A DNA stretch of 62,973 nt, counting the filler, from Globobulimina sp. (Eukaryota), in assembly GCA_003354225.1 (NCBI GenBank). It is 29 parts of 29 records of this genome, joined end to end, with 100 filler letters (N's around TTAATTAATTAA, not from the genome) between each part and the next. Parts side by side here need not be neighbours in the genome. Positions count along the whole stretch, not along the records: positions 1 to 2,077 come from PIVH01009192.1; positions 2,178 to 4,253 come from PIVH01009193.1; positions 4,354 to 6,429 come from PIVH01009194.1; positions 6,530 to 8,605 come from PIVH01009195.1; positions 8,706 to 10,781 come from PIVH01009196.1; positions 10,882 to 12,957 come from PIVH01009197.1; 23 more parts are not named here. One strand, given 5' to 3'. The first letter of the stretch is position 1, and each line of letters begins with the position of its first letter. This document shows positions 1 through 11,555 of this stretch, piece after piece. The translations under genes were made by a program, and so were the position numbers. The notes below the pieces were generated by a model. It was not told where the DNA came from. It was given only the letters and a program-made list of their open reading frames with translations, and did not search any database.

Positions 1-535
1 TCTATAAATACCTCTCATAAATGACTCATAATCCTATATTTATACAGTAAATCTCATAATTATCGGTCAGCTGCTGATTGCTTCTCTTGAATAGTAACAT
101 TGCTATTCATAGATTTCGTGCAGTTACAAAAACTCAAGTGGCTAGTCAGAATCCAATGGCAACTAAATCAGAACATGTTCGCTTTGCTAGGATGTCAGAT
201 GTTTAATCTCTTCAATCACAAACCAAAATGACCCACTCATCCATGCATATATCGGAAACATTCAAAACAAACGCGCACATGGACACTTCATTGCATTGCA
301 CCCATAATATGAGCACAAAACACATTTATTGGACTATCACGGTAATTGATCATCATTTATGGATGATACACAACATTGCCGCATTGATTTGTTGTCTTAT
401 GATCATTTTATGATCCTTGCACTAGCTTGAAAAGAAATATTTTTGGTAGATTATGGACAGCTACATTGATACATCAATTTGGCAGTGTCAGCCAAAAAAT
501 GTTTGAACAAAAAGTGAAAACGCAAATACTAAAAC

Positions 536-947
536 AGATTCGACTGTTCTGATGCATCGCAGTCTATGTCACCAAATTCAATATCATTCGATGGAGGCTC
601 TCCTGCATTGTCAGCTTCGTCAATACATTCCAAGCCATCCATACACTCATCATCGTCGTCATCATCAACAAATCTTCACTACACTGATCAGCAAAACGCG
701 TACTCCAAATATGTTTCCATTCGGAGCCTGTTTTCAGATAATCCAACACTCGCTGGTCAGTGGCAATCCCTCCAGTGTTGAACAGACAAGACACGGATGG
801 TTTGCTGGAAGGGATCGATGTGGATCCATTGGATTGATCACAGGCAGTGATGGTAGCACCATATGCTCGGACTAACTTATCCGGATTCCATGGGACCAAA
901 CCACATGCCTCACACGCTGATTTTAAATATTTATTTGTGTCTTTTAT
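536..947 (-). pseudogene. Possible decayed C-terminal part of a pogo/Tigger-like DDE transposase
   Basis: Minus strand reads IKDTNKYLKSACEACGLVPWNPDKL, similar to the 'xxF.xCGI.P.NP' motif that follows the DDE_1 domain. It shifts frame into an acidic tail (FVDDDDDDEC...). Confidence 0.3.
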
Positions 948-1570
948 GGCAAATTTTTTGCGGAACAGAAGTGTGGCGCTTTTGCTATGTTTTATGGAAC
1001 AATCATTGCGGAAATGTCAACGTGAGATGTAGTGAGTTTATGGAACAGTTTTTTAAAGTGCGGAAACGCAAAGCGGATAATATATACAGCTCCGCAAAAT
1101 GATTTTTCGAGTTAGCTAAAACAATCGCAAACAAAAAACAAACACTCTTGCTTTGCTCTTTCTGTTGGCGTTGGCGTTGGCGTGGTTGTGCTTGTAGCAG
1201 TTGCTTTGCATCATTCTCTGCCTTCTGCTGTGACTACGCCTTCTTCTGTCCCTTTTGTGTGTGTTTGTTGTTGTTCCTGTTCTTTTGTCGTTGGTGAGAC
1301 AGTTTCGCTTCTGTTGATTGTCCTTTTGCCGTTGGTGACCCAGTTCCCTTTGCGTTGGTAAGTATAACACTGTGTTGAATCGTGGTGATTCAACTACACC
1401 AAATTGCGGAACCGATGTTGGCACCATGCTCGACATTGAGACAATAATGTTTTTAATGTCGGGCATTTAATGTTGACATGGAAAAAGCTTTGTGGATTCA
1501 TTTTTTTTGCTTCACACTGCTGTTTCACAAGTAAGAAAACTCCACAATTCTGTTCCGCAAAAAATGAGCC
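948..1570. mobile_element. ~620-bp segment bounded by imperfect terminal inverted repeats (non-autonomous DNA-transposon-like)
   Basis: 948-978 GGCAAATTTTTTGCGGAACAGAAGTGTGGCG versus reverse complement of 1540-1570 GGCTCATTTTTTGCGGAACAGAATTGTGGAG. Weaker similarity extends inward. No clear TSD. Confidence 0.45.
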
Positions 1571-1830
1571 TGCGTACCGATGGCATTTATGATGGTATGG
1601 CGCCACCAATGCGTACCGATGCTATTAATGATGGTATGGCGCCGCCAATGCGTCCGATGGCATTTATGATGGTACGGCGCCACCAATGCGTACCGATGTG
1701 ATTAATGATGGTACGGCGCCACCAATGCTTATTTATGATGGTACGGCGCCTCCAATACGTACCGATGGCATTTATTACGGTACGGCGCCTCCAAACGTAC
1801 CAATGCTTATTTATTACGGTACGTAGCGCC
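1571..1830. repeat. Degenerate tandem array, ~39-bp unit, ~7 copies
   Basis: Unit TGCGTACCGATGGCATTTATGATGGTAYGGCGCCACCAA starts at 1571, 1610, 1649, 1687, 1726 (30-bp variant), 1756 and 1795. Confidence 0.95.
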
Positions 1831-2077
1831 GTAGACAAATCAAGCGTGGTCATAGCGCCGTGGACAGCTGCCACCTACAATGTGGTATATTGACATATGA
1901 TACCCCCCTATTCTTAACCTAAGTTGTTACTTACTTACTTAGCCATCCCTTACTAACTTTAAGGAATACCATATTTGGTGCGTCGACCGTTCTTAATTGA
2001 AACGAACGGAGAGAAAAAGGAGAAACCTCATAATGTCAGTAAACGAAACAAGAATCCTTGTATGTAAACAATAAAAG

Positions 2078-2177
2078 NNNNNNNNNNNNNNNNNNNNNNN
2101 NNNNNNNNNNNNNNNNNNNNNTTAATTAATTAANNNNNNNNNNNNNNNNNNNNNNNNNNNNNNNNNNNNNNNNNNNN
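2078..2177. other. Artificial contig spacer (44 N + TTAATTAATTAA + 44 N); 28 copies separate 29 size-sorted contigs
   Basis: An identical 100-bp spacer recurs about every 2175 bp. The 12-mer places stops in all six frames. Contig lengths fall monotonically from 2077 to 2074. Confidence 0.99.
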
Positions 2178-2320
2178 TTTTTTGAATGCTTTATGTCGAA
2201 AATGGTACTTTTCAAATGTGCACTTTTTCGGAAAATCAGAACGTAAAAAAAAGGAGACTTGGACGCTGAATGTGTAGAGAGATGAATGAAACAATAAACT
2301 TTAAGAAAAAATTCAATTCA

Positions 2321-4253
2321 TTAATGCGGTAAGTATTGTTGTCTTCGTTCTGATAATGTTTTTCTTTCCTTTGCGGCTTTTTGAAAGAATTTTGTATTTG
2401 CTTTACGTTTTTTACCTCTTTTTTGTCGATTATTATTATTTGATAATAATCCAATGCCAGACGCTAACTTTGAAGTTTGTAATTCCTGATACGTCACTCC
2501 CGAACCATCACTTAAGGCAGACATTTGTCGCGAAGTAACCCGGGTCACCCCATCAACTGCTTCATGTCCACGATTAACATCTCGATTAATATTATTTGCA
2601 AACTGTTCTTGTACATTACTGCCGGATTTAATTAAAGTTAAAACCTGCATCAATAACTCCCTCCTTTCCGCCGCCGTATTATATTTCAAATCTGGTGTAT
2701 TATCATTGACTAAATTCGTAATAACATGAAAAGAATAGCCTTGATCCACTAAGAATCTTTGTCTTTTGGTGGCATACTTCATATCCACAGTATCCTTACT
2801 CACCAACGTATAAAAAAAGGCATTAAATTCATTCCCCTGTCTTGGTTTTGGCCGCAATATTCTGCCCAATCGCTGTGCCTCCTGTCTCCGTGACCCATAA
2901 TGCGAAGATATCTGTATCACAACATTGACATCGGGCAAATCGATACTTGTGTCACCAACCGATGATATAAACAAACAATTTGTAGATTGCGTGTGATTAA
3001 AATTATGCAGCCAATATTTCCTTTCCTGGTCCCCAGTCTTGCCATAAATAAACGGTTTGTCTAAAAGTTTAGCTAAATACAAGAGACAACAAACATAAAT
3101 AAAGCGCTTTTCTTGAAAAATAAATCATACCACAGTGCTTTAGTAAGGGTATGTTGTCGCTAAACACCAATACTTTATCACCCCGTTCTTCATGCACATG
3201 GATCAAATATTGCATCGCGCGGAATTTATTTGGATTAAAATCACTCAAAATTTGCGAATGCCGTTTGTTTTTCTCTTCATTGTACAAATATTCATTATAA
3301 AAATCCTCAGTCATTTCGCACCACACTTCAATGCATTGCACCAGCGCCAAATATCCATTTTTCTGCAAATCCAACCAGTTGGCTTCATATAATTTCGGTC
3401 CAATCAAATAAAACAAGTCGCCAATCTTATCATCCTCACGTAACAACGTCGCAGTCAGTCCCAATTTGCATTTACTGCGTATCATCGAGGTACATTTTCG
3501 AAAGGTCGCAGCCGGCGCAACGTGCACTTCATCCAATACTAACAGGCCCCATTCACGCGAAGTGATCTCGTCCATGACAACCGAGGCCTCTTTAGATCTA
3601 CGCCCGCTATGCCCCAACATATGGTACGTCGTCACTAATATGCAGGCTTTGTCTCGCGAGGGCAGTACTTTCTTATTTTGAGAGGAAAACTCAATCACAC
3701 ACTTCCGATTTATTTTGCTCCAATGCATGATTTGTTGGCACCATTGGTGCACAGAGACGGTGGTGTTGGCAAAGATAATGGCAGACTTTTTCACGGTGGC
3801 AATGGCCGTCACACCGACTAAGGTCTTGCCAGCACCACAAGGCAGCACAATTAATCCGCTGCGCGCGCGACCATTACCAAACATTTTCGATAAGCACTTT
3901 TCTTGATAGGGTCGATGTTTTGCGCGCGCTTTCAATGAAATATCCAGTTTATTGCTCAATGCATTGTTACGGAAATCGTATTCTTCGACGCACGGATAGC
4001 CCATTTCTTGTGCGGATCGACGAACGGGCTCCAAGTCGCTTTCTTTGATCTCAAAGGCAAAGGAAGGCAATGTGCGTTCATCGATATCCATAATATCCAC
4101 GATATCGATGTCTTCTTTTTTGTTTTTGTTTTTATTTTTATTGGATAGTAAGGTATCAATTTCTAATTTTTCGTCATTGTCTGTTTCCAGGGCGGTGATA
4201 TTGGTAATATAGCCATCGGTGTTACATTTGAAATCATCCGATTTAATCCGTGC
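2321..4253 (-). CDS. XPB: TFIIH helicase XPB/ERCC3 (5'-truncated; intron 3073-3130)
   Basis: RPYQEKCLSKMFGNGRARSGLIVLPCGAGKT, LDEVH, LGLTATLLREDDKI, GSRRQEAQRLGRILRPK. A GT-AG intron joins the two ORFs in frame. Confidence 0.97.
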
Positions 4254-4353
4254 NNNNNNNNNNNNNNNNNNNNNNNNNNNNNNNNNNNNNNNNNNNNTTA
4301 ATTAATTAANNNNNNNNNNNNNNNNNNNNNNNNNNNNNNNNNNNNNNNNNNNN

Positions 4354-6429
4354 ATCCTTGACACGGCGGGTCAGGAAGAATTCTCAGCAATGCAAGACCA
4401 ATGGATGAGAGAAGGACAAGCATTCGGTTTGGTATATTCAATAACAAACCGGACATCCTTTGACGAAGTGGTGTATTTGGCCGACAAATTAATGCGTGTG
4501 AAAGATTTAGGAGGCCCTTTAGATTTGGAAGATGGCGGAGAAACTCTAAAACCATTTGTGTTGATCGCAAATAAATGCGACTTGGCCGATCGCCGTCAAG
4601 TATCAAAACAAGAAGGACAAAATTTGGCTGATTTGTGGGGCGTTCCTTTTTTTGAAACATCTGCGAAAGAAAAAATTAATAATTATGAAGCCATATATGA
4701 ATTAGCGAGGGTCCACAGAAGATTTATCAGAGTTGGAATTGTAAGAAATTCATCACAGAACAAAACAAATAACACCGACACAGCAAAAATTGCAAAATGG
4801 ATTGCAATCATTCTTTGTTGTATCTGTATTGGAATATTTCTGACATTTTATTATTTGTATAAATTTATAACGAGTAAGATCCAATGCTGTCGATCCAGGG
4901 CAGAATTAAGAGCCGCAATAGCAATCAGCAAAAAAGAAGCAATTGAAAAGCGAGCAAAAGCAGAGCGCGAAAAATTAAAATTCTTCGCAGTACACAAATT
5001 GCCGTTGGATACAATACCAGCTCCAATATTATCATTGAAGAATTTTAGAATTAAAAGGAACTTTGGTTGCAAACGATGTTGCATTGCTATTGTATGTGGA
5101 TTGTTATTGCCGGTGGTTATATTGGCTCAGACCATAGCTTTTATTGTGTATCATATAAGTGGCAAATTCAAATATTATCCAGATTTGTATCCATATGATC
5201 TCATTCATCATTCTATTTTGTTGGATTTTTGTGGAATGATTGTTGGCCGCGAACCGGGTCAGGATCCAGAAACTGTGAAAAACAAACAATGGTTCATGCG
5301 ACAAACGAGAACGCAAATAATGCAAAGAAGTGTGCTAACTTTGTTTGTACTCTTTTCCCTTTTTATTTGCTATTACAATGCAACATATTATTCGCATGAA
5401 TGGCTCTCTTATATGGAGACGATAGGTCCTTTTGTACTGTTTTGGTCTGCGTGGATTTTGTTGAGTATTTGGATTGGATATGAACCAGAATTGTATCCAC
5501 GATTACCTTTGTTGAGCAGATTAAGGTCCATTCCATTGTTTTTTGGAGAAACGTTTACTCACAGAACTGACGCGTATAAATTCTTACGGGCTTATGCTCG
5601 GAGTCGAGAATCAAATAACAAACTGTCATTGAAACAAAATGTAGTGATTGTCTGTTTGGCGTTGTTATATGCAGTGATGCCACAAATTACGCGTCTAATG
5701 GTTGACGGTGATGGCGATGAAGATGAATTAACGAATTTGCATCAATTTGTGCAAATATCTGCAATTTGCATCAATTTTTTATTTGTTGTTGCTATAATCT
5801 ATGCCATAGAGGTTATGTTCTGTCACTTCTGTCACTTCTGTGAAGTACAAAAACAAATTACATTTTGACAACGTACAGGTTCAATATAGTCAGCATTTTG
5901 ACAATTATAGAGAATGGATGCATGATTTAACAATGTTATTATCGAAGGATAGCATGGAGACAAACGAACAATTCAACGATTCTGAACATTTAATGCCAGA
6001 AAAAGGGACCAGTTTTTCCAAGAATTTATTTTTATCATTAACGCGCAGATCAAATGCTTTGGGCTGGATTGAAATACGTAGTTTCTTAGCCATTGAAGGA
6101 AAGCTATTGTTCGGAGAACAGGAATTGCCAACGTTATGGCTAATAATTGTCACCATCACTCTGTCCATATTTTTATTAGTTCGCGTTTATGTGATTGAGG
6201 GCAATCCCGTTCATTCCATTCTTTTCAACGCCTTGGCGGTATTAAACCTAATATGTATGTTGTCATTGGCACGCATTGCTGTGACTGGCTATAAATTTGA
6301 ATTTTTGCAATATCAACAAGAAAGATTATGGAGCGAACAAAAACTTTATATGCGATGTAATCTATCAGACGCACATCAGTTTGATATGAATCAAACCACT
6401 CAGATATCCAAGAAAAGGAACGAAATATC
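4354..6429 (+). CDS. Ras-family small GTPase domain fused to a multi-pass membrane domain (partial; intron ~5812-5878)
   Basis: ILDTAGQEEFSAM, LVYSIT, NKCDL and FFETSAK are followed in the same ORF by many hydrophobic helices. No CAAX follows the G domain. Confidence 0.85.
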
Positions 6430-6529
6430 NNNNNNNNNNNNNNNNNNNNNNNNNNNNNNNNNNNNNNNNNNNNTTAATTAATTAANNNNNNNNNNNNNNN
6501 NNNNNNNNNNNNNNNNNNNNNNNNNNNNN

Positions 6530-7299
6530 AGCATCCTTTTGTGAACATTCATAATAATCATATTAGTAAATTCTAGATATTCAACATTTGGAAACCTGCT
6601 AAATAACACATACAATTTATTCACATCAAAGTGATTCTCTGTTCTAACACCACCAAAATGTCTCAGTCGCAATTTTTTAATATTTTTCATATTTATACAT
6701 TTTTGATTTATAAATGAGTCAATTTCAAAATCTTTTTTATAGCAGCCATCTAACTTTAATTCATTCAATTGATTCAGAATAAATTGTCCATTCTTTGGTA
6801 ATATAAATTCATTAAATTTTGTAATATTTATTTCAAGTTTTCTTAATGATCGAAATTTCGATAAATTAATGGATGAATAATCAGTAATACGAACTAACTT
6901 TAATTGTATTAACATATTTGGTGAATTGCATGCAATAAATATTGATCGGTTTGTTTTTCCAAATTGAAAATAATCATTTTGTGTAAGAAATGATGCAGTA
7001 TGACCAATAATTGATTTTGGTAATTCATTTAATTTAATATTTGTAGTTGGTAATGGTTTTGGTTTTTTTCCCCGTGATTGAATAATATTACATAATATGG
7101 CATTGATTTTATCTAAATCTTGAGAATCGCAATTATTTTTTTTATGCATTGTATGAGTGAAATAATGGAATAATGATGTTTTAATCAATGATGCTTTGTT
7201 GAGATCAAATAATTTACCTATAAATTGCGTAAATTCTGGTTTTGTTAATTGATCCATTAATGATCTCAATTTTATTGTGCTAACTACTGGAGTAGCCAT
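6530..7299 (-). CDS. F-box-like/LRR-like protein (3'-truncated)
   Basis: LNELPKSIIGHTASFLTQNDYFQFGKTNRSIF (F-box-like), then LxxLxL repeats (LRKLEI, LNELKL, IKKLRL, VEYLEF). Confidence 0.6.
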
Positions 7300-7346
7300 G
7301 GTGACCAATAAAGTTACTCTAAGTCTATAACTGAACCTGTTAAATC

Positions 7347-8395
7347 ATGTCGTCGAACACAACAGCAGCTGATAATAATGTGCTGGATGAAAACTTGACA
7401 GCGTTTCAAGAATTAATTATTGATTACCTGACTGGAGAGGCGATATCTGCAATATATTGGATTATTAATTTTTTTATTTTTTTCATAATGTCGATTGGAG
7501 CAATTAAGCAAATTTTTAATGATCGAAAATTACAAAAAAAGATTAAAATAGCAACGAATCGAACACTTAATGGCTCACAAAAAAAGAAAAACGACTCAGA
7601 TGACGAAGATGACTCAGCTGACAAAGAGGAAGAAGAAAAAGAACAAGAACAAGAAGAGCAAAAAACAGATGAAATGTATTCTAATTCAAATGAGGATAAA
7701 ATACAAATTGAAATGCAACAAATGACGGAGGAACAGGGAAAAAATGATGAGATCGAAGAGGATGAGTCGTTTTTTAAACTTTGGTGGCATCAAATCAAAG
7801 ATAAAATGGATACATACAGCGATGTTTTACCACATTTATTTGACACTGCATCTGACTTTGGAACAATTATTGAGTATTACACATTGATCATAATTTTGTC
7901 GGAATCAGATTCATTGCAAAACAGATTATCAATATCCGCGATATTTTATGCTTCCATATTTATCCTCATTTCATTCCGAACCATCTCAGCTTTGGCTGTT
8001 TTTTATCTGACCAGGAATCCATGGGACATATTATGGCAATTTTTGGATGTTATGCTGGTAAAACTTATTTATTATGGTCGATCTTTTGAGGAACCGACAT
8101 ATTTAGAAAATTATTTAGCTCTCTTAGGTATATTCAATTTAATACATTACAGCATATAAATAATAATTAAATTTAATATATATATTTAAACACAGAGACT
8201 TTGTTTGAAGCAGCACCAGAAATGATAATATCCATTGCTTTTATGGTAAGAACAGATGAATCTATTCCTGCCATTGTTATATTTTCATTCTTTTTCAGTT
8301 TGATTATGTTAACTTCGACATTGAACGACGAGGATGATATAAGATTTAAAGGAGGGAACGCTACCAAAAAAATTGGATTAATTGAATCTATAAAA
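7347..8395 (+). CDS. XK-related-like multi-pass membrane protein (intron ~8128-8194)
   Basis: LPHLFDTASDFG and ETLFEAAPEMII resemble the XK-family 'D..SD' and 'ESAPQ' motifs. Several TM segments and a GT-AG intron are present. Confidence 0.55.
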
Positions 8396-8605
8396 ATCAC
8401 CATACAGAATATTGGCGGAGGCGAGATATTGCTTTTAAAGACCAAAGAATATCTGGAGAAGGCCGGTATTGAAGTTAAGCTTTTTGATATGTGGCAGGAT
8501 AAGCTTGAAGATTATGACTTAGTACACGTTTTTGGCGCTGTAAAAGATTGTCTGGCCGTGATGGAAGTAGCAAAGAAGCGGGGTACTAAGATAGCGATCA
8601 CTCCT
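8396..8605 (+). CDS. Bacterial GT4 glycosyltransferase N-terminal fragment (probable chimeric join)
   Basis: GGGEILLLKTKEYLEKAGIEVKLFDMW...YDLVHVFG is a typical prokaryotic GT4 N-terminus. GC content rises abruptly. Confidence 0.7.
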
Positions 8606-8705
8606 NNNNNNNNNNNNNNNNNNNNNNNNNNNNNNNNNNNNNNNNNNNNTTAATTAATTAANNNNNNNNNNNNNNNNNNNNNNNNNNNNNNNNNNNNNNN
8701 NNNNN

Positions 8706-9362
8706 CCGGCACTGTCGTTAAATTCAATGTTGATGCGCTAAATCTTGAATCGTCACTAATTCAAGCTGGCGTTTCTCAGAAGTTATTATATCTAATTTCC
8801 TAATCTAAATTAACAATCATTTTGCATGCGTATTTTTTTCAGATATGACCGAATAATATTTACGTTTCCGAGAGTATCAGGTGGGAGCACTGATGGCAGC
8901 AATCAAAAATTTGTACTGTCATTATGTAACAACGCTGTCAAATGTTTGAATAAACCAAATGGTGAATTGCATTTATTATTAAATTTTAATGCACAGCATT
9001 TAGAGTCGCAATATCATCACTGGAAAATATCAGAAATTACTAGTACTGATTGGATACAAATTAATCAATTACAATTTGATTTAAATACTATTCAAAAATT
9101 GATATTTCCAGGATATCAACCAAGGACAGAAAGTGGTAAAATATGGACACCAAATCTGCCCTTAATGTGTTTAATGAAGCCTAATTTTGCAGTGTTGCAT
9201 AAAAAAAAAGTAGAAAAACAAATAAAGTCCGATTATGAAATGGCTTTATCAATGTCGCATTATAATTATTCACATTATCAACAGAATATTGAGTATTCCG
9301 ACATAAATGACATATCATCAGCAATGTCCAAGCTTACAGTGTCAGAACAACCTGGCATTTGA
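8706..9362 (+). CDS. DUF2431/BMT5-like rRNA methyltransferase domain protein (5'-truncated; intron 8782-8842)
   Basis: VKFNVDA, YDRIIFTFP, N..F...A...L...GELHL, QYHHWKI, FPGYQPR. Confidence 0.75.
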
Positions 9363-9583
9363 ATTATCATTCCAACCAATCATCAATTTTACAATTAATT
9401 CTTTGCAATAATTAAGTTTTTTTATTCAGTGCATTAAGGTTTTAAAAAAATTTATCAATTTATAATTATTACTTGACCGATTTTACAATTAACTAGTTGA
9501 ACATCCAGGTGATGGTCTGTATGAATCCAAAATTGGATTCGTGGGAAAATTGGATTCAAAGTCAACATTTAAAAAAAACTGTC

Positions 9584-10637
9584 ATGCTGGCGATGTCACA
9601 GCGCACTACTGAGAGCCCACATCCTGTATTAATCACTTTAAAATGGTGCAGTCTCTTGATATGGATTTGTAACATTATTCTTGGTGTATTTGGAACGTAT
9701 AAACTGATATCAATGCAATTAAAACATGATCGAGTATTATTTAATTTCACCTTATTATTCATCATTATCGCAGTATTATTCATAATATCACCACTGGCGC
9801 TTGCATTTGGCCTTCAATCAGGATGGCAGTGTTGGTTCACGTTCAGATCATGGAAAGGTAGCCAGTACCCACTCTATATTCCGATAACTAATTATATAGT
9901 TACACAAAATATAAACAGCACTGTATATCACCGCCAGTTTAGATGGATACGTCTACGGATTAGCTGCTATTTATTTCTTCTTTATGATGCGCTTAAAGAA
10001 GGTGTTTGAAAATACAACATTGGCATTAAGTAAACGTACAATAATGTTCCTAGCGACTGGTTTGATGATACAGTTAATAGCTCCCATATTATCAAGCTAT
10101 TATTTTTTATCTGGCTGGAATGCGTATGATCGCAAATGGGGATTGCGATATTACTCTATTTTTAGTTACACAAATATTTTTTTCTCCATTACTGTGTTAG
10201 TTATATTTGTCAAGAAAATAGTTATTTTATCACGTTCATCGGCTGAGGTGGATAAAGAAACATTGCAGGCAGCTACTCGTTATATGATCTGTTGTTTGTT
10301 TGCGATGATCACAACAAATACTGTTGCCATTGTTGGGATGGTTCGTGGCTTTACGGAGCTCGATAGTTATTTGGTATTGCGTGGCATTCACATAATGCTA
10401 CGAATTGTGGATACGACATTAAATTTGATATTTCTTCATTTTCAATTCCCACACGGAAGAGCGGCGTATGATGTATGTTGCGGTAAAGTTGATATTTTTT
10501 GTCAAGGTTGTTTTGTAAAAATGTTAGAATTACTTGAGACGCAGACAGAGCAGCGTTTAGCGAAAGAGATTGCATTTCAAAATTCGAAAAACATAACTAA
10601 TCAAAATTCAATAGAGATAACTGCTGAAATATATTAA
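9584..10637 (+). CDS. Seven-transmembrane GPCR-like protein (intron 9858-9918)
   Basis: Splicing GT(9858)-AG(9918) joins two hydrophobic ORFs into about 7 TM helices, with a Cys-containing juxtamembrane tail. Confidence 0.6.
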
Positions 10638-10881
10638 ATGTTTATAACTTTTGCGTGTTAATTTTGTTTTTGTGCAAATCTTTTGAGTTATTTTTGTATA
10701 TTGTATATTGTATTTTGTATATGTATATTGTATATGTATACTGTATATAAAGAAATAAAGTAAGAAATAATATTTTGTGTTNNNNNNNNNNNNNNNNNNN
10801 NNNNNNNNNNNNNNNNNNNNNNNNNTTAATTAATTAANNNNNNNNNNNNNNNNNNNNNNNNNNNNNNNNNNNNNNNNNNNN

Positions 10882-11319
10882 TTGCATAGAGAACCTGCGG
10901 CAATACCGTCAACCGCAGTGATTTTATGCACAACCACAAATTGCAAGCCAGATGAAAATGAATTATGTATGGTAACCAAGACCAAAAAAACAAGTAAAAA
11001 TCAATATTATTGGTCTGGCTCAACTGTATTCCCAGGCGGGTTACTTGACGCAGCGTCGGATGGACAATTTGTAGCTTTTTGTCAGAAATTTTATTCTTTA
11101 TGGTTTACTAAATATCATTTTTGCTTCGATGACATTATGTTTCGATTGAATGGATTACGCGAATTGTTTGAAGAAACCGGCATTTTGTTAGCTCGCTCAA
11201 AGAATGAAATAAATTCTTTTGCTGCCTCTAAAAATATCTTATATCCAATCAAAGCATCAATATTTAACAACGGGATTCTCATCAATTTATTGCTTTGTTA
11301 TACAGTATTTGTTTTTTGA
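10882..11319 (+). CDS. Nudix hydrolase, NUDT19-like (fragment)
   Basis: VFPGGLLD ... LRELFEETGILL is a split Nudix box. Confidence 0.8.
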   Translation: MHREPAAIPSTAVILCTTTNCKPDENELCMVTKTKKTSKNQYYWSGSTVFPGGLLDAASDGQFVAFCQKFYSLWFTKYHFCFDDIMFRLNGLRELFEETGILLARSKNEINSFAASKNILYPIKASIFNNGILINLLLCYTVFVF

Positions 11320-11555
11320 TGTATCCTTTTTTATTCCAATCTTGCAGCATGTGACTATGTGTAAGCTCTTTTGATCATGTTAACGTCACCAAATTCAAAA
11401 GTAAAACCATCGTAAAACGTTGAAATGCATGCGCAAAATTTCTAACAATAAATAACTAAGCACAACAATCAAGAAACACGGACTTTCATTAATTACTGTG
11501 CATCATTACAATTTGTTATATTTTTAATATATAATTCAATAGAAGTCATTTATAA

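Noticed and set aside
200..420. Cys/His-rich fragments on the minus strand (CNAMKCPC, C.DEWV..C) as a PHD/CXC finger of the transposase remnant
   Set aside because: They need several frameshifts and stops to assemble, which is too weak to call.
1571..1830. CRISPR array
   Set aside because: Units are contiguous near-copies with no unique spacers, there are no cas genes, and the context is eukaryotic.
2122..2133. Recurrent TTAATTAATTAA as a biological motif, and ORFs ending in ...LIN
   Set aside because: It is a synthetic six-frame-stop linker embedded in N runs. ORFs running into X stretches are truncation artefacts.
10696..10748. TGTATAT-type repeat after the 7TM gene
   Set aside because: Ordinary low-complexity microsatellite in a 3' region.
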